Shown: positions 50,463 to 62,402, numbered from the stretch's first letter. The stretch is DNA of 64,000 bases from an uncultured Pseudomonadota bacterium (GCA_902597385.1 CACJXQ010000003.1:49441-113440), one strand, 5' to 3'. Notes: generated by a model from the letters alone, not told the origin. A program made the numbers and translations.

Positions 50463-51821
50463 CTACTCTCTCGCCATTAGATTTCTGGGTAGTTCGTCAT
50501 CACCTATAAACAATGTATCTGCATCGTCATAAGTGGATTTCTTACGAGTGATATAGTCCATTCGTTTCTCAACATCAGGGTGTCCGTAATGTTCCTCAAT
50601 ATACTTGACGGAACATCCCATAATCGCCGACAGAGTAAAGACATCTACATTCCCAAAGTTTAGACGATAGGTTGCAAAAGTATGTCGCAAACTATAATAG
50701 GTATAAGGTAATCCAACCTCATATTTGTCTATACCACTCTCTTCCTTTATTACTTTCCACAAATCGTAAAGAACATCTCTTTTGATAAGTTCTTTGGGAT
50801 TATCATAGTCAGGGAAAACAAAGTCTCTTGGTTTGGTCGCTGGTGAGTATCTTTTGATGCGGTCTAATATATCGCCTCTCAAACCAATCGCAGTTCTTTC
50901 TCCTTTGTGTTTCACTTTTGAGATTTCTGGTGGAACAACAATCTTCACATTTGGATACTTGTTCTTACCTTTGATAATAGAAACCAAGTTCCATTTCAGT
51001 TGTCTTGCTTCACCTAAACGCAGTCCTGTATTTGCAAGAACAAAGATAAAATCACGCACTAACTTACGATGGTATTTTTCTTTCTTATCCTTGACTGACT
51101 TGTCCCACTTGTTTAGGTATTTCCACAGACATCGGTATGCTTCTACTGGTAAGTGTTCTCTCTTACGAGTGGTCTTTGCCATCTCTTCCCATTTAGGAAC
51201 TTGATTACCTGCTATATACCCTTCTTCTATTCCAAACTTATACATAGACCCGATTGTTGCTCGTTCATTTATCAGGGTAATGTTTTGGACTTTGGGTGAG
51301 TTGTCTTTACGAAACCGATAATACTGACGGTATTTTTTATCATCTATGTTTGCGACACTTGTATTCTCACCGACAAACGCAAGGAACTGCTTGGTCTGTG
51401 TCTTTATAGTTCCCCATCTCCCTTGCGTGATATGTCCGTCATCCACTCGTCTTTGTTGGTGTTGCATATACAACTCAACCAACTCTTTCGCATCAAGGGA
51501 AAAAATCTTTCTCCCTGTTTGCATCAAACCCATAATGGAATAGTAGTTTTCTTTTGCGACTTCTTTTGCCTTTCCTAAATCTCTTTCTCTTGTAGATTTA
51601 CGGAAATACTTTCCCTCCTTCCTCACCAAATAACGCATTTGCCAAACATCACCAGATGCTTTTGTGCGAAAGAGTTTTACATCTCCATCAAGGATGTCGT
51701 GTTCTTCACTATGGAACTTTACGACTTTCTTTTTAGTCTTTTTCTTCTTCCCTTGACGCACTCCTGCTGGAGTAGAAAGTGCATCGTCTTGGTTTAGAAG
51801 TTCTCGTTTCTTTGGAGACAT
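50463..51821 (-). CDS. Tyrosine recombinase/integrase
   Basis: LANTGLRLGE (R), SKVK (K), YSLRHTFAT, MGCSVKYIEEHYGH (catalytic Y); N-terminal arm-binding-like WQMRY...RKST. Confidence 0.95.
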   Translation of the reverse strand: MSPKKRELLNQDDALSTPAGVRQGKKKKTKKKVVKFHSEEHDILDGDVKLFRTKASGDVWQMRYLVRKEGKYFRKSTRERDLGKAKEVAKENYYSIMGLMQTGRKIFSLDAKELVELYMQHQQRRVDDGHITQGRWGTIKTQTKQFLAFVGENTSVANIDDKKYRQYYRFRKDNSPKVQNITLINERATIGSMYKFGIEEGYIAGNQVPKWEEMAKTTRKREHLPVEAYRCLWKYLNKWDKSVKDKKEKYHRKLVRDFIFVLANTGLRLGEARQLKWNLVSIIKGKNKYPNVKIVVPPEISKVKHKGERTAIGLRGDILDRIKRYSPATKPRDFVFPDYDNPKELIKRDVLYDLWKVIKEESGIDKYEVGLPYTYYSLRHTFATYRLNFGNVDVFTLSAIMGCSVKYIEEHYGHPDVEKRMDYITRKKSTYDDADTLFIGDDELPRNLMARE

Positions 51822-52046
51822 CCGTTGTTCCCTAACATTTATGAAAACTAATCGTAGTCCTACTTTGTAGGTTCTTTGATTTATTGAAAAATCGTCCTAC
51901 GAACACAAATCCGTAAGTTGCTGTTTTTGCTGGATTATCTACGGACTTTGTATATTAGGGATTATACTTTGTAGATACTTTGTAGGTCAATACTAAAAAT
52001 AAACTTGTTTATTTTCAATAAGTTATGAAGATTATTGTATTTCCTG

Positions 52047-53618
52047 CTATTCCCACTCTATCGTTCCAGGAGGTTTGCTGGTAACGTCATAAACGACTCT
52101 TGATACATTAGGAACTTGATTAACTATTTTTGCAGCCACTCTCTCTAAAAACTTTTGGTCTAGCTCTACGCACTTTGCAGTCATAAAATCGTCAGTGGTG
52201 ACAGCCCTCAGTGCTATGACATGCTCGTAACTTCGGGCGTCACCTTTAACTCCTACAGAGAAAATAGGCAAGAAAACAGCGAAAGCCTGGCTTATCTTGT
52301 GATAGAGATTGGCATCTCTTATTTCCTCTAGGAAAATATTATCTGCCTCCCTTAACACCTCGAGGTAACTAGACTTAACTTCCCCCAAAACACGAACAGC
52401 TAGTCCAGGGCCAGGAAACGGGTGCCGTAGAACTATATCTTCAGGCACTCCTAATTCCTTTCCCACATTCCTAACCTCATCTTTAAATAACAAACGTAAA
52501 GGCTCAATTAATTTTAACTTCATGTGCTCTGGGAGACCACCGACGTTGTGATGGGATTTTATCACATGACTTCCAGCACCATCTGCTGCTGATTCAATGA
52601 CATCTGGGTAAATGGTCCCTTGAGCTAACCAAGATATCCCAGCTATTCTGAGAGATTCCCGCTCAAAAACCTCAATAAACTTTTTTCCGATAATCTTTCT
52701 CTTTTCTTCAGGATCAGTTACGCCAGCTAATGCCTCCAGAAATTCGTTCTGAGCATTAACAAAACGAATGTTTAAACCCATAGATCCTTGGAAAGTATTA
52801 ATGACTTGCTCAGCTTCCCCTAATCTCAACAAACCATTGTCTACAAATACGCAAACCAATTGATCTCCTATCGCTCTGTGCAAAAGAGACGCTGCTACAG
52901 ACGAATCAACCCCGCCCGAAAGGCCAAGTAGAACCTTTTCAGCGCCTACCTCTCTCTTGATAGATCTTAAACTACTTTTGATAAAGTCCTCAGTACTCCA
53001 TGATTTAGCGCAGCCACATATCTCTACACAAAATCGTTCCAAGATTTCCTTACCGCGTTTGGTATGTGTTACTTCTGGATGAAACTGCAATCCATAAAAT
53101 CTTCTAACTTCATCAGCGATCCCTGCTATGGGAGTATTCAAGGTAGAAGCGATCACCTTAAAGCCAGGAGGCAGCTTTGTTACGCTATCCCCATGGCTCA
53201 TCCAGACATCTAGAAGACCATGCTTACTCTCATTAGTGGCATCCTGAATTCCTTCTAGTAGTCGAGAGTGTCCCCTTGCTCGTACCTGCGCAAATCCAAA
53301 CTCTTTTTCTTGACTTGTTTGCACCTGTCCTCCGGTATAAGAGGCAAGACTCTGCATACCGAAGCATATCCCAAGGATGGGAACTCCAAGAGCGACAAAT
53401 AAAGGCAACCCTTCGACATCAACAGTATCATTTGATACTGAATCAGGACTACCTGATAGTATCACTCCGCTAGGCCGAAAAATTCCGATCTTTTCTTTAG
53501 AAACATTGGGCGGATAAATCTCGCTGTATATCCCTATTTCCCTAACCCTTCTAGCTATTAGCTGCGTGTATTGGGAGCCATAATCAATTATTAAAATGCG
53601 ATCTAAATTAACTGACAT
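52047..53618 (-). CDS. guaA: GMP synthase (glutamine-hydrolysing)
   Basis: DYGSQYTQLIARR, GICFGMQ, SGGVDS, IKSHHNVGGLP, KPPGTIEWE. Confidence 0.98.
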   Translation of the reverse strand: MSVNLDRILIIDYGSQYTQLIARRVREIGIYSEIYPPNVSKEKIGIFRPSGVILSGSPDSVSNDTVDVEGLPLFVALGVPILGICFGMQSLASYTGGQVQTSQEKEFGFAQVRARGHSRLLEGIQDATNESKHGLLDVWMSHGDSVTKLPPGFKVIASTLNTPIAGIADEVRRFYGLQFHPEVTHTKRGKEILERFCVEICGCAKSWSTEDFIKSSLRSIKREVGAEKVLLGLSGGVDSSVAASLLHRAIGDQLVCVFVDNGLLRLGEAEQVINTFQGSMGLNIRFVNAQNEFLEALAGVTDPEEKRKIIGKKFIEVFERESLRIAGISWLAQGTIYPDVIESAADGAGSHVIKSHHNVGGLPEHMKLKLIEPLRLLFKDEVRNVGKELGVPEDIVLRHPFPGPGLAVRVLGEVKSSYLEVLREADNIFLEEIRDANLYHKISQAFAVFLPIFSVGVKGDARSYEHVIALRAVTTDDFMTAKCVELDQKFLERVAAKIVNQVPNVSRVVYDVTSKPPGTIEWE

Positions 53619-53645
53619 AGATAAAATGGGGAATGGTCGTGCGCA

Positions 53646-55157
<1,512 letters not shown>

Positions 55158-55198
55158 TTAGCCGCCAGTAAATCTAAAACATTTCCGACCCTTAGAAA

Positions 55199-56545
55199 AT
55201 GAGACATCCCATGCAACAAATGCCACCAATTCTATCAGTGAGCGAATTAAATCAGGTGACTCAATCAATCGTGGAAAGAGAAATTGGGGTGGTTTATGTA
55301 CGAGGCGAAATCTCTAATTTGGCCACCCCGACTTCTGGCCATATGTACTTTTCTCTTAAGGATGAAAAATCTCAAGTTCGTTGTGCGATGTTCAGAAATA
55401 AACCTGGTGCAAAAGGTTTCATTCCCAAAAATGGTACAGAAGTAGTAGCTCACGGGCTAGCCAGTGTTTACTCAATAAGAGGGGACTACCAATTAATTGT
55501 AGAGACGATGGAACTTTCAGGAGATGGAATTTTAAGGGCCAAATTTGAAGCTCTCAAAAATAAGCTAGAAGATGCTGACTTTTTCGATCAGGCCAGAAAA
55601 AAGCCTCTTCCCAAATGGCCGAATACAATAGGTATTGTCACCTCGCCGACCGGCGCCGCAATTCGAGATATTCTAACCGTCATGAAGAGACGGAGCCCTT
55701 CGATTACGGCAATCATTTATCCGTGTGTAGTCCAAGGAGAAAACGCAGCTTCTGAAATCGCACGATCGATATTTGTAGCAAATCAACGGAAGGAATGCGA
55801 CGTCTTGATAATTTCCAGAGGCGGCGGATCACTGGAAGACCTATGGCCTTTTAACGAGGAGTTGGTTGCCCAGGCCGTTTTCGACTCTTTATTACCAATT
55901 GTAAGTGGCATAGGCCATGAAGTAGATATAACCATAGCGGATTTAGTGGCAGACGCCAGGGCTCCAACACCTTCTGCTGCAGCGGAAATTGTAACACCCG
56001 AAACTAGCGTCGCTTACGAACAACTCGTATCCCTTAAAAAACGGTTATTATTAGCTTCAAAAATTCAGATCAATACAAAGACGAGTCAACTTTCAACTCT
56101 AGCCTCGAAAATCAGACACCCAAGAAAGGATTTAGAATTTAGATTTCAGCAGACCGATGACCTACTAAGGCAATTATATAAAAATGTTAGTTTCCAAATG
56201 CAGTTTCGTCGTATGAGTTTCGAAAATCAGCGTTCTCGCTTAAAAACTTTAGCTCCTAAAAGAAGTATAGAGAAAAATCGATCAAAACTAACTGATGCTA
56301 TTTTAAAACTAAAAACAAGTGTCTCGTATAAGTACAAAGAAAATCAGACAAAAACTCAACATCTGATAACAAGTATTAAAAATCTAGGACATCAACGCAC
56401 TCTAGAAAGAGGATATACGCTTGTTATTGATGATAAAGGCAAGTTAGTTAAAAACCCTAAGGAATTGACGGTAGGTCAGCCTATTACAACCCTATTTAAG
56501 TCCGGTAAGGTTGATTCTGTTGTGAAATTAATAGAGGAATCTTAA
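55199..56545 (+). CDS. xseA: Exodeoxyribonuclease VII large subunit
   Basis: GEISN, SGHMYFSLKD, RGGGSLEDLWPFN, GHEVD, PTPSAAAE. Confidence 0.96.
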   Translation: MRHPMQQMPPILSVSELNQVTQSIVEREIGVVYVRGEISNLATPTSGHMYFSLKDEKSQVRCAMFRNKPGAKGFIPKNGTEVVAHGLASVYSIRGDYQLIVETMELSGDGILRAKFEALKNKLEDADFFDQARKKPLPKWPNTIGIVTSPTGAAIRDILTVMKRRSPSITAIIYPCVVQGENAASEIARSIFVANQRKECDVLIISRGGGSLEDLWPFNEELVAQAVFDSLLPIVSGIGHEVDITIADLVADARAPTPSAAAEIVTPETSVAYEQLVSLKKRLLLASKIQINTKTSQLSTLASKIRHPRKDLEFRFQQTDDLLRQLYKNVSFQMQFRRMSFENQRSRLKTLAPKRSIEKNRSKLTDAILKLKTSVSYKYKENQTKTQHLITSIKNLGHQRTLERGYTLVIDDKGKLVKNPKELTVGQPITTLFKSGKVDSVVKLIEES

Positions 56546-56560
56546 AACAAGTTGGAAAGA

Positions 56561-57502
56561 TTAATTTGATTTAGCCTGCTCATCTGCGTGATATGACGAT
56601 CGCACCAAAGGACCACTCGCAACATTTACAAAACCTAAAGATTTCGCAAACTCTTCCAGCTCTTTAAACTCTTCCGGCTTTACATATCTAGCTACTGGGA
56701 GATGATACTTGCTGGGCTGTAAATACTGACCAAGTGTTACCATGTCACAACCATGCCCCTTAAGATCAGTTAAACACTGCTCTATTTCTTTTAGACTTTC
56801 TCCGAGACCCAGCATTAGCCCCGATTTAGTCAGCACGCTCGGTGCTAGTCTCTTAAACTCGTTGATAATACTCAAGGACCAGTCGTAGTCTGAGCCTGGT
56901 CTAACTGATTTGTAAAGAGATCTCACAGTTTCCATGTTATGGTTAAAGACGTCAGGTAAAGATATCAGAAGACCGTTCATGGCGCGTTCCATTCTACCTC
57001 TGAAATCTGGAACGAGAATTTCGATTTTGATTCCATTTACCCGAGCTCTTATCGCTTTGACACATTGCGCAAAATGACCTGCTCCACCGTCTAAAAGATC
57101 ATCCCTATCAACAGAGGTAACCACTACGTATTTTAATCTCATTAAGGCAGCAGCCTCAGCAATCCGATCTGGTTCATCTGGGTCAAGGGCGTCCGGGCGA
57201 CCATGAGCTACATCACAGAATGGACACCTACGGGTACAAAAATTCCCCATTGCCATAAAGGTAGCAGTCCCGTTCGAAAAGCATTCCCCTAAATTAGGAC
57301 AAGAGGCTTGCTCACAAACGGTGTTGAGTTCACTATCTCTTAGTAATTTTTTGAGCTCCAAGACTCTGACACCCGATGGAGCAGTTACTTTTATCCATTC
57401 AGGCTTTGGTAACTTGGGTACGGATTTAACCTTTATTGGGATTTTAGATAGCTTTGTTTCACCTCGCTGGCTTCGGCTAGGCAATTTAGTTATATCTGTC
57501 AT
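56561..57502 (-). CDS. lipA: Lipoyl synthase
   Basis: [26 protein letters not shown]. Confidence 0.97.
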   Translation of the reverse strand: MTDITKLPSRSQRGETKLSKIPIKVKSVPKLPKPEWIKVTAPSGVRVLELKKLLRDSELNTVCEQASCPNLGECFSNGTATFMAMGNFCTRRCPFCDVAHGRPDALDPDEPDRIAEAAALMRLKYVVVTSVDRDDLLDGGAGHFAQCVKAIRARVNGIKIEILVPDFRGRMERAMNGLLISLPDVFNHNMETVRSLYKSVRPGSDYDWSLSIINEFKRLAPSVLTKSGLMLGLGESLKEIEQCLTDLKGHGCDMVTLGQYLQPSKYHLPVARYVKPEEFKELEEFAKSLGFVNVASGPLVRSSYHADEQAKSN

Positions 57503-57519
57503 TATATAAACCTATTTTT

Positions 57520-58173
57520 TTACTCGCAGAACCCGATCGCCTCAATTTCAGTCATCTTTTGTCCACGATATATGTTGGCATAGAGATTTTCTCTTACTTT
57601 ACACGAAACAGCTTCTATCTTAGATTTTATACCTAAACTCGACAGCTGGGTTACTTCCATACCCTCAATACCGCATGGATCTATCGCCTCGAAAGGTTCT
57701 AAATCCATATCGACATTGACCGATAAGCCGTGGTAACTGAAGCCATTAGATATCCTAAGCCCTATAGAAGCCACTTTCTTATTTTCAACATACACCCCAG
57801 GAAAGTCTCGACGGCCGTAAGACGGGATACCAAAAGATTCCAAATAATCAATAACTGCTTTCTCTAGCATTATCACAAACTCTTTGGGACCAAGCTCTAA
57901 TCTTCGAAAATTCAAAATAGTGTAAAGCACTAATTGGCCTTTTCCATGATAAGTAACTAGCCCACCCCTATCACTTCTTACTATTGGGATTGAACGAGCT
58001 AATAAAGGCACACTGCTTGTTTTACTACGCTTCCCTAAGGTGTAAACCGAAGTGTGCTCCACCGTCCAGAATTCATCAACCCCAGCAGGATCAAGAGATT
58101 GAACTCTTTTTTTCATTTTTTCCAAGCAGAATTCGTAATCAACCAACCCCACTATCCTAGAAACAACTTTCAT
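57520..58173 (-). CDS. lipB: Octanoyltransferase
   Basis: EH.SVYTLG, RGGLVTYHGKGQ, KVASIG, PCG. Confidence 0.95.
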   Translation of the reverse strand: MKVVSRIVGLVDYEFCLEKMKKRVQSLDPAGVDEFWTVEHTSVYTLGKRSKTSSVPLLARSIPIVRSDRGGLVTYHGKGQLVLYTILNFRRLELGPKEFVIMLEKAVIDYLESFGIPSYGRRDFPGVYVENKKVASIGLRISNGFSYHGLSVNVDMDLEPFEAIDPCGIEGMEVTQLSSLGIKSKIEAVSCKVRENLYANIYRGQKMTEIEAIGFCE

Positions 58174-58439
58174 AAGACCATAATTATTTCTGGCTTAGAT
58201 GAAAGATCTTTGTATATAGCATCCAAAATATTTTTACTAGAAACCCTCACCGTGATGGTCACAGACGTATACTTTCCCCTACCACTCTTTTTAGTACACA
58301 TAGACTCTGCCAAAAAATCACTAATGTGCTGCCTGATTATGGACAAAACTAATTCAGACAACTTCGTTGAGCTCCTGCCGATCACCTTTATCGGAAAATC
58401 ACAGGGGAACTCTATAATGCTATCTCGATTTTCCATCAT
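58170..58439 (-). CDS. ybeD: YbeD/DUF493 family protein
   Basis: IEFPCDFPIKVIG, SGRGKYTSVT; upstream of lipB. Confidence 0.9.
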   Translation of the reverse strand: MMENRDSIIEFPCDFPIKVIGRSSTKLSELVLSIIRQHISDFLAESMCTKKSGRGKYTSVTITVRVSSKNILDAIYKDLSSKPEIIMVL

Positions 58440-58663
58440 TAGATTTCGAATTCATTCTCTCTTACAAAGATAAATATAAAAGTCGGTCGTTCGAAAAGAA
58501 GACTAACATAATTTAATGCATAAACTACTGGATTACGACAATCTCATTAAGTTGCTATAATAACTTTAAAGAGAGACATCATGAACTCATACCGGTCAAT
58601 AAGCGAATAATATAACAAGAGTTTTATCCAAAATTAGGAGTTTTCCTCAGGGAAAAATCTAAA

Positions 58664-59578
58664 GTGAACGCATTAGCTATAGAATCATTAGAGAAAATCT
58701 ATCAAAACGGGACCATTGCGCTTAAAAACGTCAACCTCAAAGTAGATGACGGAGATTTTTTTGCACTTCTTGGTCCTAACGGAGCGGGAAAATCTACCTT
58801 AATAGGAATCATTTCCTCACTGGTAACAAAAACCTCGGGCAGAGTTAGTATTTTTGACATCAACATAGACAAGAGTTTTGGACTAGCGCGCTCTATGCTA
58901 GGAATAGTACCTCAGGAGGTGAACTTTAATCAATTTGAAACGCTCGATGAAATACTAATAAATCAGGCTGGATTTTATGGAATCCCTCGTAAAGAGGCTA
59001 TCGAAAAGTCAAACTACCTGCTGAACAAATTGAAACTCTGGAAACAACGTAAGGATATTTCAAGAACTCTTTCTGGAGGAATGAAAAGACGCCTAATGAT
59101 AGCCCGAGCTCTGATTCACGATCCTAAACTCCTGTTACTAGATGAACCTACCGCTGGAGTTGATATAGAGATTCGAAAAACCATGTGGGATTTCTTCAAA
59201 ACATTAAACAGCTCCGGCACAACAATTATATTAACGACCCACTATCTAGAAGAGGCAGAACATTTGTGTAACCGAGTTGGGATTATTAACGGTGGTTCCA
59301 TAATCGTAGATACATCCATGACTGAACTTCTGTCAAAAAGAAATTCGGAAAGTTTTATATTAGACTGTGCGGAAAAATATACCGATCTACCAGAACTAGG
59401 TTCCGCTAGCGTACTTGCCATTGATGACTTGAGGTTCGAGATAACAGTGGAAAAAGGAACCGACTTAAACGGAATTTTTAAGGAACTATCGAAGTCTGGA
59501 ATTGATATCAAAAGTATGCGAAACAAAGGCAATCGCCTTGAAACATTATTTCTGGATCTGACAGGTAATTATGAGTAA
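58664..59578 (+). CDS. ABC transporter ATP-binding protein (YadG-like)
   Basis: GPNGAGKST, LSGGMKRR, LDEPTAGVD, NRLETLF. Confidence 0.9.
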   Translation: MNALAIESLEKIYQNGTIALKNVNLKVDDGDFFALLGPNGAGKSTLIGIISSLVTKTSGRVSIFDINIDKSFGLARSMLGIVPQEVNFNQFETLDEILINQAGFYGIPRKEAIEKSNYLLNKLKLWKQRKDISRTLSGGMKRRLMIARALIHDPKLLLLDEPTAGVDIEIRKTMWDFFKTLNSSGTTIILTTHYLEEAEHLCNRVGIINGGSIIVDTSMTELLSKRNSESFILDCAEKYTDLPELGSASVLAIDDLRFEITVEKGTDLNGIFKELSKSGIDIKSMRNKGNRLETLFLDLTGNYE

Positions 59579-60377
59579 AAACATCCTATACACCTCTAGA
59601 ACTAAGCGCAGCAAACTTTGGTTGATCAGTTTTCAGACCATCGTCGCCAAAGAGTTGAACCGCTTCCTCCGAATCTGGCTACAAACTTTATTACCACCTG
59701 CCATCACAATGTCGCTTTACTTCGTTATTTTTGGGAGCGTGATCGGCAACCGTATTGGGGAGATGTCAGGTATAAACTACATGTCCTACATCGCGCCAGG
59801 GATAATCATGATGGCAATCATCACCAACACTTACGGAAATGTGGTTTCCTCATTTTTTGGAGCGAAATTTCAAAGGCATATAGAGGAAATACTCGTGTCT
59901 CCAACACCCAATATTATTATTTTAGCGGGATATGTAACCGGGGGCGTATGCCGCGGGATTCTAGTAGGCTTGATTGTGACAGCGGTCACACTGTTTTTTA
60001 CTCCGCTAAAAATATACTCCCTCCCGATTTCCATTTCAGTAGTGGTCCTAACTGCCGTCTTATTCTCACTACTTGGATTTATAAATGGAATTTTCGCCAA
60101 GAAATTTGATGATATAGCAATCGTACCAACTTTCGTTTTAACACCTTTAACTTACCTGGGTGGAGTTTTTTATTCGATAGACCTATTACCTCCATTTTGG
60201 AAAGAGCTATCTCTTATCAATCCCGTTCTTTACATGGTTAACGCCTTCCGTTTTGGCTTTCTTGGTGTGAGCGATATAGGCCTAATTCAAGCTTTTGCAG
60301 TTATCGTAACTTTCATATTATTAATGACTTTTTTGTGCTTATATTTTATGAAAAAAAGTTTTGGGCTTAGGGCATAA
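59571..60377 (+). CDS. ABC-2 permease (YadH-like)
   Basis: RIWLQTLLPPAIT, YGNVVSSFF, PLTYLGGVFYS. Confidence 0.9.
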   Translation: MSKNILYTSRTKRSKLWLISFQTIVAKELNRFLRIWLQTLLPPAITMSLYFVIFGSVIGNRIGEMSGINYMSYIAPGIIMMAIITNTYGNVVSSFFGAKFQRHIEEILVSPTPNIIILAGYVTGGVCRGILVGLIVTAVTLFFTPLKIYSLPISISVVVLTAVLFSLLGFINGIFAKKFDDIAIVPTFVLTPLTYLGGVFYSIDLLPPFWKELSLINPVLYMVNAFRFGFLGVSDIGLIQAFAVIVTFILLMTFLCLYFMKKSFGLRA

Positions 60378-61206
60378 TACCTTTTTCAATACTAAGCTGT
60401 TTATGGAATCGTTGAGCAACCTCGTACTGCTGACCATCCCCGACTATACCTTCGTCTAAACGACTGACACACCTAATTCCGAATGAAGTATTTGTAAGCC
60501 AGATTTCATTCGCTGTCCTAAGACGGGAAATAGCAATTTTCTCCTCGATTACAGGAACGCCCATTGAAACGGAAAGACGTATTACTATCTCCCTGGTAAT
60601 ACCAGGAAGAATGTTAGAGTCGAGGGGCGAAGTGTAGATTACTCCGTCATTAGAGACAATAAAAACACTCGAAGATGCCCCTTCCGTCAAATAACCATCA
60701 TATTGTAAAATCGCCTCAGATGCGCCTTTACTGGTGGCTAAATTACGCAACCTGGTATTAGCAAATAGAGAGGTGGTCTTTATATGACACCCCCTCCAAC
60801 GTTCATCTTCAGCAGTAATTGCAACGACCTTTTCCAATTCTGTTTTTGCCGCCGACTCAGATATCATAACAAAAACAGTAGGACAGCTTGCCTTTGGAAA
60901 TTCGTGGTTACGAGGTGCATCGCCCCTCGTGATTTGAATGTAAATACTCCCGAATACACACCCGTTGCGTGAGATAAGATTAGAAATTAAGCTTGACCAA
61001 GCCTCGGATGAGAGCGGATTTGATAATCCCATTTCTGACAAATTAAGATCAAGCCTCTCTAGATGAAGGGATAATGCAAAAGCTTTTCGAGAATATACTC
61101 CTATAACTTCATATATACCCTCACCAAAAATGAAGCCTCTGTCTAACACAGATACCTTAGCATCCACCAAATCAACGTAATCCCCATTTAAATAACACTC
61201 TTTCAT
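60367..61206 (-). CDS. D-amino-acid aminotransferase (class IV PLP)
   Basis: DRGFIFGEGIYE, IKTTSL, EGASSSVF, ILPGITR. Confidence 0.88.
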   Translation of the reverse strand: MKECYLNGDYVDLVDAKVSVLDRGFIFGEGIYEVIGVYSRKAFALSLHLERLDLNLSEMGLSNPLSSEAWSSLISNLISRNGCVFGSIYIQITRGDAPRNHEFPKASCPTVFVMISESAAKTELEKVVAITAEDERWRGCHIKTTSLFANTRLRNLATSKGASEAILQYDGYLTEGASSSVFIVSNDGVIYTSPLDSNILPGITREIVIRLSVSMGVPVIEEKIAISRLRTANEIWLTNTSFGIRCVSRLDEGIVGDGQQYEVAQRFHKQLSIEKGIMP

Positions 61207-61211
61207 ATTTT

Positions 61212-62375
61212 TTAATTAAGGAGTAGGTCAATTTTATCTGGAATTGAGCCAAAAAAACCCGCCTTCTCAATTGCTTCTAACGCTACAATATCTTCGGAAT
61301 AGTTTGTTCCATCAGGCAAATTAATTTCCACTTTACCAATAATTTGACCCCTCTCAATCGGAGCCTTCAAGGGTTCCATAAACTTTTTATTGATCTGCAT
61401 ATCCTTGAATTTTCCCTTCTGCAGAGTCAAGAAAACCGGAGCTTTAACACCTGCTTTAACAAGATCTTTTTTTCCAATCCATACCCTATTAGTAGCAATC
61501 TCTTCGCCAATTTTGAAAATTTCTCTAGTATCAAAAAATCGGAAACCATATGATAGTAATGTCCTGCTGTCCTTAACACGCATGTAATTCGATCGGGCTC
61601 CCATTACAGCTGCCACTAGTCTCATAGAATTTTTTTTCGCTGAAGTAACTAAACAGTAACCTGCACTCTCAGTGTAGCCAGTCTTAATACCGTCTACACT
61701 AGCATCTCTAAAAAGAAGTGCATTCCTATTTCTCTGCTTTATATTGTTGTATTTGAATTCTCGCAACTTGAATCTACTATAAATCTCTGGAAACTTTTGA
61801 ATAAGAGCTCTCGATAGGGTGGCCGCATCTCTAGCACTCAAATAAGTTTCACGATCAGGCAATCCTGTAACATTACCAAAACTAGTATTGTCCATTTTGA
61901 GCTTTTTAGCTTCTAGATTCATTTTTTCAACAAAAGCTGTCTCATTACCGAAAAGATGTTCTGCCAAGGCGACACTTGAATCATTACCTGATTGAATGAT
62001 GACGCCGTTGAGAAGATCATCGATCGATACTTCTTTTCCAACTTCTATGAACATCCTAGAACCTTCCATTTTCCAAGCTTTTTTGCTGACCTTTGTTGTC
62101 TCTGTAAGTTTTAGATGACCATCGCGAATAGCTTGGGCGGCAACATAGGTGGTCATTATTTTAACCAAGCTAGCAGGTTCCACACTTTTATCGGCATTTT
62201 TTTCCGCGAGTACCTCACCAGTCTGATGATCTACCAAAATAAATGAATCAACAGAAACAGGAGGTGCTGGAATAGATGATACGCCGGATAATACCTCAAA
62301 GGAGAAAACCATCATTCCCACCGTTAGACCGGTTTTAGCTTTTGCTTGCAGAGCATTCTTCAATAATCGACTCAT
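61212..62375 (-). CDS. D-alanyl-D-alanine carboxypeptidase (PBP5/6 family)
   Basis: PASLVK, SGND, KTG. Confidence 0.93.
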   Translation of the reverse strand: MSRLLKNALQAKAKTGLTVGMMVFSFEVLSGVSSIPAPPVSVDSFILVDHQTGEVLAEKNADKSVEPASLVKIMTTYVAAQAIRDGHLKLTETTKVSKKAWKMEGSRMFIEVGKEVSIDDLLNGVIIQSGNDSSVALAEHLFGNETAFVEKMNLEAKKLKMDNTSFGNVTGLPDRETYLSARDAATLSRALIQKFPEIYSRFKLREFKYNNIKQRNRNALLFRDASVDGIKTGYTESAGYCLVTSAKKNSMRLVAAVMGARSNYMRVKDSRTLLSYGFRFFDTREIFKIGEEIATNRVWIGKKDLVKAGVKAPVFLTLQKGKFKDMQINKKFMEPLKAPIERGQIIGKVEINLPDGTNYSEDIVALEAIEKAGFFGSIPDKIDLLLN

Positions 62376-62402
62376 CCAAATAATTCCTTTTAAATTTTTA
62401 TC

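Larger units (their letters stand above)
43333..52064. mobile_element. ~8.7 kb integrative element inserted at the 3' end of guaA
   Basis: att duplication at both ends, tyrosine integrase adjacent to guaA, serine recombinase, orphan ORFs, abrupt k-mer shift at the boundaries. Confidence 0.93.

Noticed and set aside
43500-52046. Plus-strand excess of YGCY over RGCR as evidence of an ssDNA phase
   Set aside because: The bias reverses in 47340-50460 and mostly follows coding direction; counts are small
43333-52064. Complete inovirus or tailed prophage
   Set aside because: No Zot/pI ATPase, capsid, terminase, portal or tail genes recognisable
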